Below, one piece after another: positions 26,063 to 37,385 of a stretch of DNA of 64,000 nucleotides. Both the position numbers and the translations under genes were made by a program. The notes beneath the pieces were generated by a model, which searched no databases, had not been told where the DNA came from, and was given only the letters and a program-made list of their open reading frames with translations. Source of the stretch: Cercozoa sp. M6MM (lineage: Eukaryota > Protista > Endomyxa: Ascetosporea); NCBI GenBank assembly GCA_040357565.1, contig JBDODJ010000046.1. One strand, 5' to 3'. The stretch's first letter is position 1. Every line of letters begins with the position of its first letter.

Positions 26063-27174
26063 ACTTAAATTTATATGGTCAAGTACACTGTGTATATGTG
26101 TGTGTGGCAGGAAGGAGACGCGCGGCAACCTGGAGGAGCTACTGGTGGCACTGCTGCACACGCCAGAGGAGTTCGACGCCGTCTCGCTGCGGCAGGCCAT
26201 GAAGGGCCTCGGCACGAAGCACAAGACGGTGTGCGAGGTGCTGCTCACGAAAACGCACGCGCAGATCGAGATGATCAAGCAGGCCTACCAGCGCCTGTTC
26301 CAGCGCGACCTCGTGAACGACCTGGCCTCGGAGTTCCGCAGTCGCATGGAGACGCTGCTGTGCAACATCGCTCGTGGTACCTCCCTGCACTACCCACCTA
26401 TCTCTCTGTACTACTTACCTGTACTACCTAACTACCTAACTACCTACCTACCTATCTACCTGTACTACCGATTTGTACCATCGGTCTGTACAATCGATAC
26501 AAACGTAATGCTGCACAGGCTCGCGTGTGCCCGAGAGCACGCCGGTGGACGAGAACGCGTGCAAGGCGGACGCGCGTCGCCTCAAGGCGGCCGGTCTCGA
26601 CAAGACCTTTGGCACGGACGAGGAGGTCTTCATTCGCATCCTGTCGGAGCGCTCGATCGCGCAGCTGCGTCAGATCAACCAGGAGTACGGCAAGATCGCC
26701 GACTACTCGCTCGTCAAGTCGATCAAGAAGGAGTTCCGCGGCGATCTCGAGGACGCGCTGGTCTACCTGGTGCAGGGTGCTGCGGCGCCGCACGAACTCT
26801 TTGCCGAGCGTCTGCACGAGGCCATCGACCGTCTCGGCACCTCGGTACTCTCTCTCCCGTGCTTATATATATATATATATCGATATACAATTCTATAGAT
26901 ATTTATGTACTATATACGCGTGTGTGTGAATAGGACCGCAAGCTGATCCGTGTCGTTACGGCACGCAGCGAGGTCGACTTGCACCTCGTCGATCAGCGTG
27001 TTGGCGAGCTCACGGGCGGTACCTCCGCCTTAACCAAGTGTGCTGCCATGTTATTGTGATTCGTATGAGTGTGCTGCTGCTGCAGGACGCACGCTTCGCA
27101 AGGTCATCAAGAGCGAGACGAGCGGCGACTACAAGCGCCTGCTGATGACGATCTTTGCCGGCGAGGAGGCCTAA
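24774..27174 (+). CDS. Annexin with N-terminal fascin-like beta-trefoil domain and Gln/Pro/Met-rich linker
   Basis: Eight exons. Fascin repeats [26 protein letters not shown] and ANRxxAQxWE/F (x3). Annexin repeats [39 protein letters not shown] and [24 protein letters not shown]...[10 protein letters not shown]. Confidence 0.92.
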
Positions 27175-27280
27175 ACTGGCCCATCCGTCACTGTATAGCG
27201 TAAAACCGCGTTCGCGTTGTTTGGCGGCCGCGTAACTACCGTGTGTTATGTTCTGTTATGTTCAAACTTGTTCAACGCAA

Positions 27281-27531
27281 GTTGTGTTGGTTAAACTTAA
27301 CTTGTGTTGAGTTAGTTAGTTAGTTGAGTCTTCTAGGAAACCAACTATGTAGTTCCCCTGCACCAGTCTGGGGTGGGTCACAAGATCATGGCCGTGTCTA
27401 CCGCCCGCTTAGGGTAGGACCATACAACTCCCCTTTTGACGTACCCCAGACACCGAAGTCGACTTCATGGTTGGTGCAGGTAGCGGGCTACAAGTAAACT
27501 TGCGTTGAGTTAATCTGTCGACCAACGCAAC
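27281..27531 (+). ncRNA. Candidate structured RNA element (3'UTR structure or independent ncRNA), family not recognised
   Basis: Nested complementary segments, e.g. CCTGCACCA 27357-65 / TGGTGCAGG 27472-80 and GTCTGGGGT 27366-74 / ACCCCAGAC 27443-51. Outer stems pair using G-U wobbles on the + strand. Confidence 0.5.
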
Positions 27532-27679
27532 ATGATGTTCAGTTCAGCTTGATGCAAGGTTGTATAACCGTGCACGGTCCGTCCCGTCCATCAGGTACTA
27601 GTAAGGTACAATTTGCAAGACGTGATAGTCGAGTTAAATTAGGGTGCCGTCCGGAATACTCAGACGACCCTTGGTCGGG

Positions 27680-28028
27680 TTAGGACAAGGAAACGCCGGC
27701 ACGCGCGGCCTCGAACTTCCAGTACTTGGCGCGCAGCGGATCCAAACGCACCAGCTCGTCTACACAGAGAGAGGAAAGCACACACACGCACATACACATG
27801 CACAAATTCTCTTCCTTCGAGAAATTGAATCAATCAAACGCTACTGTAGATTTCGGTTCTTTCGGCGAGAGTGGAGCTGTCCTCCTGTGCCAATATGCAT
27901 ACACATTTAACAGCAACACACAGCAATGGACAGACAATAGGAAGACGATAATAAATGTATGTATGTATGTATGTATGTATGTATGTATGTATGTATGTAT
28001 GNNNNNNNNNNGTATGTATGTATGTATG

Positions 28029-28059
<31 letters not shown>

Positions 28060-29300
28060 GTGTATGGATACAGCAAGCAAGTCGAGACGCAGCGACAAGG
28101 CGAAGGGCACGGCAGGCTGCGACACGGCCAGTTGCGAGACTTGCGCGCGGATGCCGTCGTGCAGCGACAGCAGACCGGACAGGTAGCTCCTACACAGAGT
28201 ACACACACACATACACACGGTATATCTACTTGATATATAGTATGTCTAAAAGATGGTGCACCAAGGCGACTCATTGTTGGCGAGCAGGTCGACCTTCTCG
28301 GCAACGAAAGCGAGCTCGGCTTGGACGATCTCGTCGGCGGCGGCGGCATCCAGCGAGAGCAGGCGACGCAAGGCAAAGAAACGCTCGTTCCACGCAGAGT
28401 TGTTGCGCACGTCCTTGCGAAGCAACGAGGCGCAGAAGGACAGTTCGTTGCGCAGGTGCTCGGCTTCTGTACCTGTGGGAAGGACACAAGGTAAAGTGTG
28501 GGGGTGGGGGCAAGTGGGGGTGGGGGCAAGACTGTAGGTACACTTGGCAAGCGCCCACTGACGATGACTCCAGGCGTGATAGTTCTTCGAGTCGCCCTGC
28601 AGCAAGGCTGCCGTGTGCGCCATCTCTCGTCGCATATCAATGGCTACACCAACAAGTCGGACAGTAGATGTACATATATGTGTATATATATATATATATA
28701 GACACAGGGTGGTACCTCCGCTCAGTTCGAGAATACGCTGCCGGTGGAACCAGATCTGGTAGTTCTTGGGCATATTGCTGGCCGCCGTCTCGGTGAACTC
28801 GATCTCGCGCGACCAGAACAACGTGCGAGCCATCTCCCTGTGTTGTTCTACTTGTACATACATACAGATACCTCCGTATTTTATTGTATATGTAGATATG
28901 CAGATATGTAGATGTGTACATGTAGATGTGTAGATATGTAGATATGTAGAGATGTAGATACATAGATAGAGATACCAGAGGGCTGCTCCTGCATCAGTGT
29001 CTCCAGCAGCGCACATAACACCTGCCGACGGTAGTGCCAGGCTGTGTAGCACGTCGGATTCGCCTCCAACTGTACCAACACACACACACACACACACATA
29101 CACACATACATCCCTCCCCGAGTACACACACACACATACACAGACAGAGAGACACACAGAGACAGAGTACCGTGGCCGCAGTGACGAGCAGTGCGCGCTG
29201 CGTCAATTCCTGCCGACGCAGGATGGCGCGAAAGTAAGACATTGCCTCGCGGAACTCTCTCGAGTACATTATGCGACACACCTGTCCAAGCAACGACTCG

Positions 29301-29352
<52 letters not shown>

Positions 29353-29450
29353 GCAAACACGCGCTCGTCTACCTGCACATCGCCAGGCACTGTATCATCA
29401 AGCGGCACAGGCGTCAAGTCCTCACACATCTTTAGCAGCTCCTCGTTCAT
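27680..29450 (-). CDS. FNTA: Protein farnesyltransferase/geranylgeranyltransferase type-1 subunit alpha
   Basis: IMYSREFREAMSYFRAIL; PPTA repeats NPTCYTAWHYRR, PKNYQIWFHRQ, SKNYHAWSHRQW, VRNNSAWNERFF and NNESPWSYLSG; C-terminal LDPLRAKYW. Nine exons. Confidence 0.92.
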
Positions 29451-29943
29451 CTTTAGCAGTCCCTCGCCTTTTGTTACACTAGCACACAATCACGCCCACT
29501 GCTGTTGCTAATTGCCGATTCTGCACTCAGTGACTTCCATGGAATCACTACATCAGGTCTGATCCGATAGCTGGAAAAATATTTTTTCTGGGACCCTCTG
29601 GAAGAAACCGCCGTGTCAGCTGCTGTAGCACCGCAACATAGCTAGCCGGTGTGCTACGAGGTGCTTTCAGCCGGCACTGGCCAGGTCAAAATCGAAAAAT
29701 ATTCGGCAGTCGCGGATTATTGTGACCTGCTTGCTTGACCCGTTATCGGCGTTTCGCGTTTCCTCTCAATCGAGACGAAAATAACGAGACGAAAGACCCC
29801 CTTCTCTTCCTTCTGCTGCGCTACAGAGACAATACGTGCTTCGCTCGCAGCTGCACACGGCCCAAGCTCCGTCGGACGTCGACAGGACCGCGACGCGTTT
29901 GAGCAAAGTGCTTTCTCAGTTTCACTCTTGTGACGAGCCAAAG

Positions 29944-32412
29944 ATGGCAGATGGCTTTGAGTTTGGGTTTGGTGACCCGAAGTACTCGGATCGAACGATT
30001 GAGCTTCAAGCTGTTGTGACGGAAGAACATGCGAATCGTCTCATCTCACAAAACGTACGCTTTAAACATTTCTTTCCTTTTACTTCGTTTGTTTTGCTTA
30101 CTCTTTGAGTTACCCTTGCTTCATTGACATCGTTGAGTTCGTTGTTTCTTTTGCTTACTTTTCTTCGTTGCTTTATTTGCAACTCTTGCTTCCATTTTGT
30201 TTCATTTTCTGTTCGTTTTTTGCTTTACGTTTGTATGATGTGTAGAATCCGTCCGCGGACACTGCGCTCGATGCTGAGATGGCCATGGACGTGGGTCTCG
30301 ACGAAGACGAAGATGAAATGCCATTAGCGTATTGTGTTCCTCTTCCGCTGCTGTTTTGTAACAAGTATTTGCATGGACACTGAGTGGGTGAACACTGCGC
30401 AGCTCATCTCCTGCCATGGCGTCGTTCCCGATCAAGATCACAATGACGGCCAAGGACGGGCAGTGCACTGGACCGGGCGGAGTCACCGTAAGTGCCGGAC
30501 ACGTTGTGGTGTCTCAGCGAATTCCCGTGAACTCACTCGTGCTGGCACGTGCCTCGAAGTACTTTCGCAAGATGTTTAGCGGCAACTTCAGTGAGTCGTC
30601 AGAGCGATGCATTTTCATTCCTCTCCCAGTACTCTTTCCTTACCGCTGGTCTGTGTTGTCTAGTGTGTTGTCTAGTGTGTTGTCTAGTGCGTTGTCTAGT
30701 GTGTTGTCTAGTGCGTTGTCTAGTGTGTTGTCTAGTGTGTTGTCTTATGCACTGTGTTAGTAAGCGTTGTTTCTGTTCTTTCGGTAGGCACGACAGTGGG
30801 CGACTTTCACCGACATTCTCAGATTAATCTACTCGCAGAGTGCGTCGGCGGTGCGAAGCAGCGGTCGCGGCGGTCTCGACACGGACCGCATCATTGAGCT
30901 GCTTATGATGTGCGATCAGTTCGACGTGGCCGGCGTGGAGCGCTTCCTGTACGAGCAGCTGACACGGCGCAACCTCACGTTCCGACAGCTGGCACGAGTC
31001 GTGCGCTTCCCGGGCGCCATGCGCATGCAGTTCTACGAGAGCTGTCTCAGCAACGTGAAGCGCTTCCTGTTCTTCGCGATGCGCGACCGGCGGCGCTTGC
31101 CGACCGCCTTCTTCCGCGACATGACCGTGCTGGCGGACCGACTGGTGGAGACGCTGTCGCTGCCCGAGCTGGGACAGCACCTGTACGACCTCACGATGGC
31201 CGGCAACTGTCCGCTGCTGCTACGACTGTGGGAGGCGTGCTACGAGAAGTGGGGCCTCGCCGAGCCGGTAAAGTACGAGCGACTGGTGATGGAGATCCTG
31301 CTGCGCACGAGCTCGCTGCTGAAGCTGTGCGAGGCCATGTCGCTCGGCGAGATGCCCGACGATGAGGACGAGGAGCCCGAGATTCTGCCGGAACAGATGC
31401 TGCCGCGCATCAATCGCGCGCTGGCCGCCATCGCGTCGATTCGCTACGCGGCGCGTGTGCCCAAGGTCGCCCGTCTCTTGGTCGGCAAGCAGGTGTGTCT
31501 CTGTCCTGGTACCTGGATGTGTGGTATGCTTGTGACACACGTTGGTGTGGGTTGGGCAGTCGCACGACAAGCTGCTGATGTGCATTCTGCGACATGCAAT
31601 GAACCGCTGGTCGGACTGGCTGCCAATGACGGCGGCGCGCGAGCGGCCGGCATCGTCAGCCGCGTCAGTGCCGATCCCGGTGGACGACGACGACGAGAGC
31701 GGGCAGGCGAGACGCGAGGCGGCCACGTCGACGCCGGCGGCCAATGCCGAGAGCTTGGCGCCGCCGCGCGCGCAGGAGGAGGCAGGCGACAGCGGTGGCA
31801 GCGAGGAGTCGGAGCTCCTGCAGCCGGGCTCGCTGCACGAGGAGCGCTACCTGCTGCGACGCTTTACGATAGACACGCTGCATGAGATCTCGCAGGCCGC
31901 GTCCTCCAAGGGCTGGAAGCGCTTCGTGAAACTCGGCATTCTCACGTGCATCGAGCAGCTACTTATGGAGGACTGGGAGCGCGCCGAGCCCGGCATTAGT
32001 GCACGGGTACCTGTCTCTCTCGCATCACGTGTATGTGTCTGTGTGTGTGTGTCTGTGGCTGTGTCTGTGTGTCTGTATGCTGTGTATGTGTGTTGGTGTG
32101 GACAGCGTCGCAAGGAGATCTCGGACGAGCACGAGGAGCCGGACCAGCTGGACGACGTGATGGAGTCGGGCCTGCACCAGCGCACGTACGACCTGGAGGC
32201 GTGGACCGAGTCGCCGCCTGAGAACACGGAGTCGTCGATGGCAGGCGTCCTTGACGACGAGACCGACGACGGCACGCGGCCGCCTGCGCGCAAGCGGCGT
32301 CGCCGCGACAATGGCGAGTCCGGGTATCTCTAATCTTTCTGTCTCTGTATCACTGTATATTCCAATCTGTCCGTCTGACTATATATCTATCTATCCTATC
32401 TATCTATCTATC

Positions 32413-32447
<35 letters not shown>

Positions 32448-33199
32448 CCTACCTATATACATATTGTGTGTGTGCAGACTGTCGGCGTCGGCGTCGATGA
32501 GTTCGGCGCGACAGGTGGCAGCGACGGCGGCGGCGGCTTTCCCGGTGGCGGCAGCGGCCACGTGCGGCAACAGCAGCGGCGGCGACGAGAGCGACGCGCG
32601 TCGCGACGAGGGCGCCACGCAGCAGAGCGGCGCAGGCGGCTTGGACCTGGCCATGACGGACGACGACGACTCGGACCCGCAGCACGGCGGACTCGGCGCG
32701 GCCGTCGACGGACTGGTAGACGTGTCGGACCCGCTGATGACGCGGTTCGGCCTGCGGCGCTCGGAAGCGCCGCGCTCGCACTGGGTGTTTGAGCAGAACG
32801 CGGTGTGTCTGCAGATGCTCGAGATCGTGCTGACAGGTGCCAACATGTGCGACTACGTCGACGAGTTCCTCAAGCAGAAGCGCTTCTTTGTCGACATTGT
32901 GGCCTGGTGGCTGCGCCGACTGACGCAGCCGGCGCCTTCGGACCGTCAGTCGTACCATCAACACCATCAGCAACAGCGTCTGCAGCAGCACGCGATGCAG
33001 CAGCACGCGATGCAGTCGCAGTCGCACTCGCAGTCGCTGCCGTCGCGCACAACGAGTTCGCTGCTGTCGCCGCTGTCGGGACCGCCGTCGCCGTCGTCTG
33101 TGTCGAGTGGCAGCACGCTGCCACCCAACCTGGTGTTCAAGTACCCGGACTCGCCCGTTGCCGTGCGCTTTGCGCAGGTGCTCTCTTTCTCTCCCCTCT

Positions 33200-33251
<52 letters not shown>

Positions 33252-33783
33252 ACGTGTGATGTGCAGTGCCTGCTGGGCATTGCGTTCCGCATCAGCATGA
33301 AAGTGGAAGAGTGGAGTCCCGACATTTACGAAGTGCGCGGCGCCTTCCTCGGCAGCGAGCAGCAGGTGTGCGAACTTAAAGTGTTATTGATTGTATCTCT
33401 GTGTCTGTGTATCTGTGTGTCTGTGTGTCTGTGTGTCTGTGTGTCTGTGTGTCTGTGTNNNNNNNNNNTCTGTGTGTCTGTGTGTCTGTGTGTCTGTGTG
33501 TCTGTGTGTCTGTGTGTCTGTGTGTATGTGTGTATGTGTACTCTGCCTACAGGTGCCGGCACCACTGCGCGCAGTGGCCGAGATCTTTTACCGACCAGTA
33601 CTGGGTCTCAAGGTGATTCGCTGCAGCGGTCCGAACTGCCGCCGCACCGAGAAGGTGATCGGGCAGGTGGAACGCTTCAAGACCTGCAGCAACTGCTTTG
33701 TCGAACGCTACTGTAGCCGCGAGTGCCAGGTCGCGCACTGGAATGCCGGGCACCGGGACGAATGTGGCAAGCTTACCGAGTAG
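29944..33783 (+). CDS. BTB/POZ domain protein with C-terminal MYND zinc finger
   Basis: DPKYSD...IPVNSLVLARASKYFRKMFSGNFSES...LLMMCDQFDV (BTB). C-terminal CSNCFVERYCSRECQVAHWNAGHRDEC (zf-MYND). Confidence 0.85.
30650..30745. repeat. Intronic 12-bp tandem repeat (GTGYGTTGTCTA)n, about 8 copies
   Basis: Seen directly in sequence. Confidence 0.9.
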
Positions 33784-34079
33784 TCTCTGTGTGTCCATCG
33801 AGCTCTCTTTGGATTCACACGCCGATTTCGTTGCCGTGCGTAAGCCTCCATGAGCTGCGTCTTCTTTCTGCGGCCAAATAAATGTACCTAAACAGTACTT
33901 AGCTTTCGTAAGCACATACGTGTGCGGGATTCGATCGGCTCGCGACGCATGCGCACGCGATTGATTGCGTTGATTTTTCAACCGTTGATTTCAGCGTAGC
34001 TTAAAGTGAGCCGAGTCGCATAAGTAGTGTAGTTAGAACTGAATATGCGCAATAGGACAGGACAGCGCAGACGAGCAGA

Positions 34080-35150
34080 CTAGGCGGCGTTCTTGTCAGC
34101 GGCGGCCTGGTCGGACGCAGTGAGCTGCTCGGTGATGACAAAGTCGCCGAGAGCACTGTCGCGCGGCTTGAGCGCGAGTTGTCGCTCGTTGGCGAGGTGC
34201 AGCACCGAGATGAAGCACAGCGGCACCGAGACGTGTCGCAGCTGCCGCTGTTGCAGCGTGTTGTCCAGCGAGGACAGCACGGCCTGGAAGCTGCCCATGT
34301 GACGCTCGTCCAACACGCCCTGTGCCTGCTCCTGCTTCTTGTCGTCGCTGGCCTGCTGCACGCGCAGCAGTTGCAAGTAGTCGCCTGTGTATGTCACATT
34401 AAGCAGAAGGGCGTAAAAAGGGGAAGGGGAAGAGGGGGGTAGTGAGAGTGTGTACGCAAGGCAGGCTCCTTCTCGGCGCGCAGAGCGTTAACGCGACGGA
34501 TCTCGTCGCTCATGTTGACATCGTCGTCGTCGAGGTCCCTAGCACAAGGAAGAACACACGGGTACACTGGGGAAGGAGAGGTATGAAGGGTAGGTCAGGG
34601 TACTCATTGACGGGCAGCGGCGAGTCGCGTCGCTTGGCCATGAGGCGCCAGCAGCCGCGCTTTAGTGCGCGCATGTTGATACGCTTGGCACTCAGCGCGT
34701 ATTGGATCGGCACCTGTTCCCATGTGTATGTGTATGTGTATATGTGCATCTAAATGTACATATATTTGTATATATGTACCTATATATATATAAATGTTTA
34801 GAAGGACAGGGAAAAGACACACCAGACGAGCGCGGCGAGGTGCCGCGATGAGCGCCAGTGGCCGCGCGTCGCCCTGCAGAGCGCCCATCTGCGACGACAG
34901 CTGCATCATCTGCAAAACACACACACACATACATATACATATACATGTATACAGTATAGTGTATACAGTATATATATATATATAGTATAGTATAGTATGT
35001 ATAACATAGTATATATACATAGTATAGTATAGTATAGTATATCGTACATATAGCATAGTAGAGTACATAGTATGGATAGCATACAGTATGTATAGCATAG
35101 CATAGTTTGTATAACATAGTATAGTATAGAGTATAGTACAGGATATAGTG

Positions 35151-35204
<54 letters not shown>

Positions 35205-35781
35205 TACATCGACTTGCGAGCCGATCGATTCGAACTGCGGCACAGAGAAGGGTGGTTGATGCTGCTGTTGCTGTTGCTGTTGCTGCGAGTCGTCCATGTC
35301 GATCTCGGGCATGTCGGGCGCCTCCTCATCGGCCAGCTGGTTGTAGTCGTCAAAGGCCGGCAGACTGCCGCCGTTGTCGTAGAAACCGTCGGCGTCGTCG
35401 TTGTCGGCATCGGTGCCTGCGCGCTGCGAGGCCACGATCACTGCCTCGGCCAGTCTCTACAGACATACCACAGTCAGTCATTCTCAGACGCATATATATA
35501 TATGCAGAAATAGATAGGTAGTTAGGTAGATAGATAGCTAGATAGATAGATAGCTAGATAGATAGATAGCTAGATAGATAGATAGCTAGATAGATAGATA
35601 GCTAGATAGATAGCTAGATAGATAGATAGGTAGATAGACAGAGAGATAGATAAGTGAGAGCACCTTCAGCACATCGATCTCCGCTTCGTCGGGATCGACA
35701 AAGGTGAAACCCATCGCCGCGAACGTGTCATAGCTCACGCCGCTGTCGGTGCCTTGCTGGTGATACTCTTTGTCCTGCACA

Positions 35782-35819
<38 letters not shown>

Positions 35820-37385
35820 GCGACTCCACTCAACTCCAACTCAACTCAGCTCCAGTCAGCTTCTTGTTCCGTTTGGAGAAGAATACGGGGAAAATACCCA
35901 ATCGAGGAGAGTCGAATCGGAAAGTCGCGTGCGCTGCCTGGCCGGCTTGAGCACCGACTCTGGCTTCACTGGACGCGAGAAGTCGAACTCATCGTTGTTT
36001 CGGCGCTTCTGTACCGCTCAAACGGTTAAAGCCGTCCAAAACACCAATCACGAACAAGGTGGTTTGCAAACAAGGTGGTTTGCAAAAATTAGTGCGACTG
36101 GAAGCGAAAGGCGCAGAAAAAGCCAAGTTGTTTGCAAAAACGAGATTTTTTGATCGAAATTGATCGATCAGAGTGGATCAAAAAAAAATAAAAATAAAAA
36201 ATAAAGCAAGGGGGGGGGGTACCTTGCGAGCAGCAGCGGCAGCAGTGCGATCGGCGCGGCGTGGCACGGGTCGCGCAAAGTGCCAGTGACGCGGCATGAC
36301 GACTTGATTGAAATTTACCAGTTCGTGCGGATCGCAAGCCGCCAGTTCCTGCAGGATTTATACCCCCCTCTTTACCCCCCTCCCAGTTAATCCTATACCC
36401 CCATTAGCAGTTACCTCGTTGAGGGACTCGATGGAGAGACGCGAGGCGGCCATCCGGAGGGAGGCGGCGAGTGCCCTGTCAGTGTGCATGTGCTCAGTGT
36501 GCACATGCTCAGTGCGCACGTGCTCGACGTCAGTGTCACTGTCAGTGTCACTGTGCTCATTGATCGGCAGGTCACCGTCAGGCAGAGTGATCGGGTCAGC
36601 CTCCTCCCAGTTGGCATGTGGCATGTCGTCCAGTGTGTTCATGTCCGACATGTCGATCTCGGGCATCTCCATCTCCGGCATCTCGTACTGCGCTGCCGCT
36701 CCTGCAGGGGGGGGGGGGGGGGGGGGGNNNNNNNNNNNNNNNNNNNNNNNNNNNNNNNNNNNNNNNNNNNNNNNNNNNNNNNNNNNNNNNNNNNNNNNNN
36801 NNNNNNNNNNNNNNNNNNNNNNNNNNNACCCTCCAAGTCGATAGGATCGCGGTTGTCGCCAACGATCATCGCTTCGATTCCGACGCGGTCCATGTCGAGT
36901 TCGTCCATGTCCAGTGCTGTACCCAGGGGGGTAAAGGGGAGTGTGTGGGTAAGGAGGGAGGCTACATGCAGGCAGCCTGTGCACATGCCTCGAGGCACAG
37001 CGTCGCACCAGTGCCTCCATGTGGTCCAATGGCACACACAGCGAGCGCACCTCGTTCCGCTCTGGGGGTATAGGGTATGGGGGCATAGGGTGGGGAGTAT
37101 GGGGGTAGGTAGGGGTATAGAGGGTAGGTAGGGGTATTAAGGGTAGGTAGGGGTATAGAGGGTAGGTAGGGGTATAGAGGGTAGGGTAGGGGGTAGGGGC
37201 AGGGGTAGGGGCAGGGGTAGGGGCAGGGGTAGGTAGGGGGGTAAACAGGGGGGTACGAAGTGGCGGCTCGTGTGGCCACACGCCGGCCGAGCGGCACGAC
37301 AGAACGGCGACGCGAGCGACGTCGCGACGGCACGGCAGCCACGCCTCCTCCGCCTCCGCCTCCTCACAACGTGCCAACTCGCCTG
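34080..37385 (-). CDS. NCAPH: Condensin I kleisin subunit (barren/Cnd2/CAP-H), 5' part lost in an assembly gap
   Basis: C-terminal IQYALSAKRINMRALKRGCW and VSVPLCFISVLHLANERQLAL match the Cnd2/Brn1 C-terminal region. Central PRHWHF motif and acidic linker. Confidence 0.85.
37065..37255 (+). repeat. G-rich (GGGGTA/GGGGCA)n intronic tract, potential G-quadruplex
   Basis: Many G3-G6 runs separated by 1-5 nt. Confidence 0.75.

Noticed and set aside
9360-27174. Alternative genetic code or stop-codon readthrough to explain broken ORFs
   Set aside because: Every break checked is resolved by a GT-AG intron, and TAA, TAG and TGA all appear as terminators.
27400-27420. Telomerase RNA template (TTAGGG/CCCTAA in the structured element)
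   Set aside because: Only one hexamer, not the ~1.5 repeats needed, and it is partly base-paired.
36411-37385. Separate Rad21/Rec8-like gene upstream of condensin H
   Set aside because: The exons are on the same strand and appear to continue into the CAP-H exons; the acidic linker is typical of kleisins.
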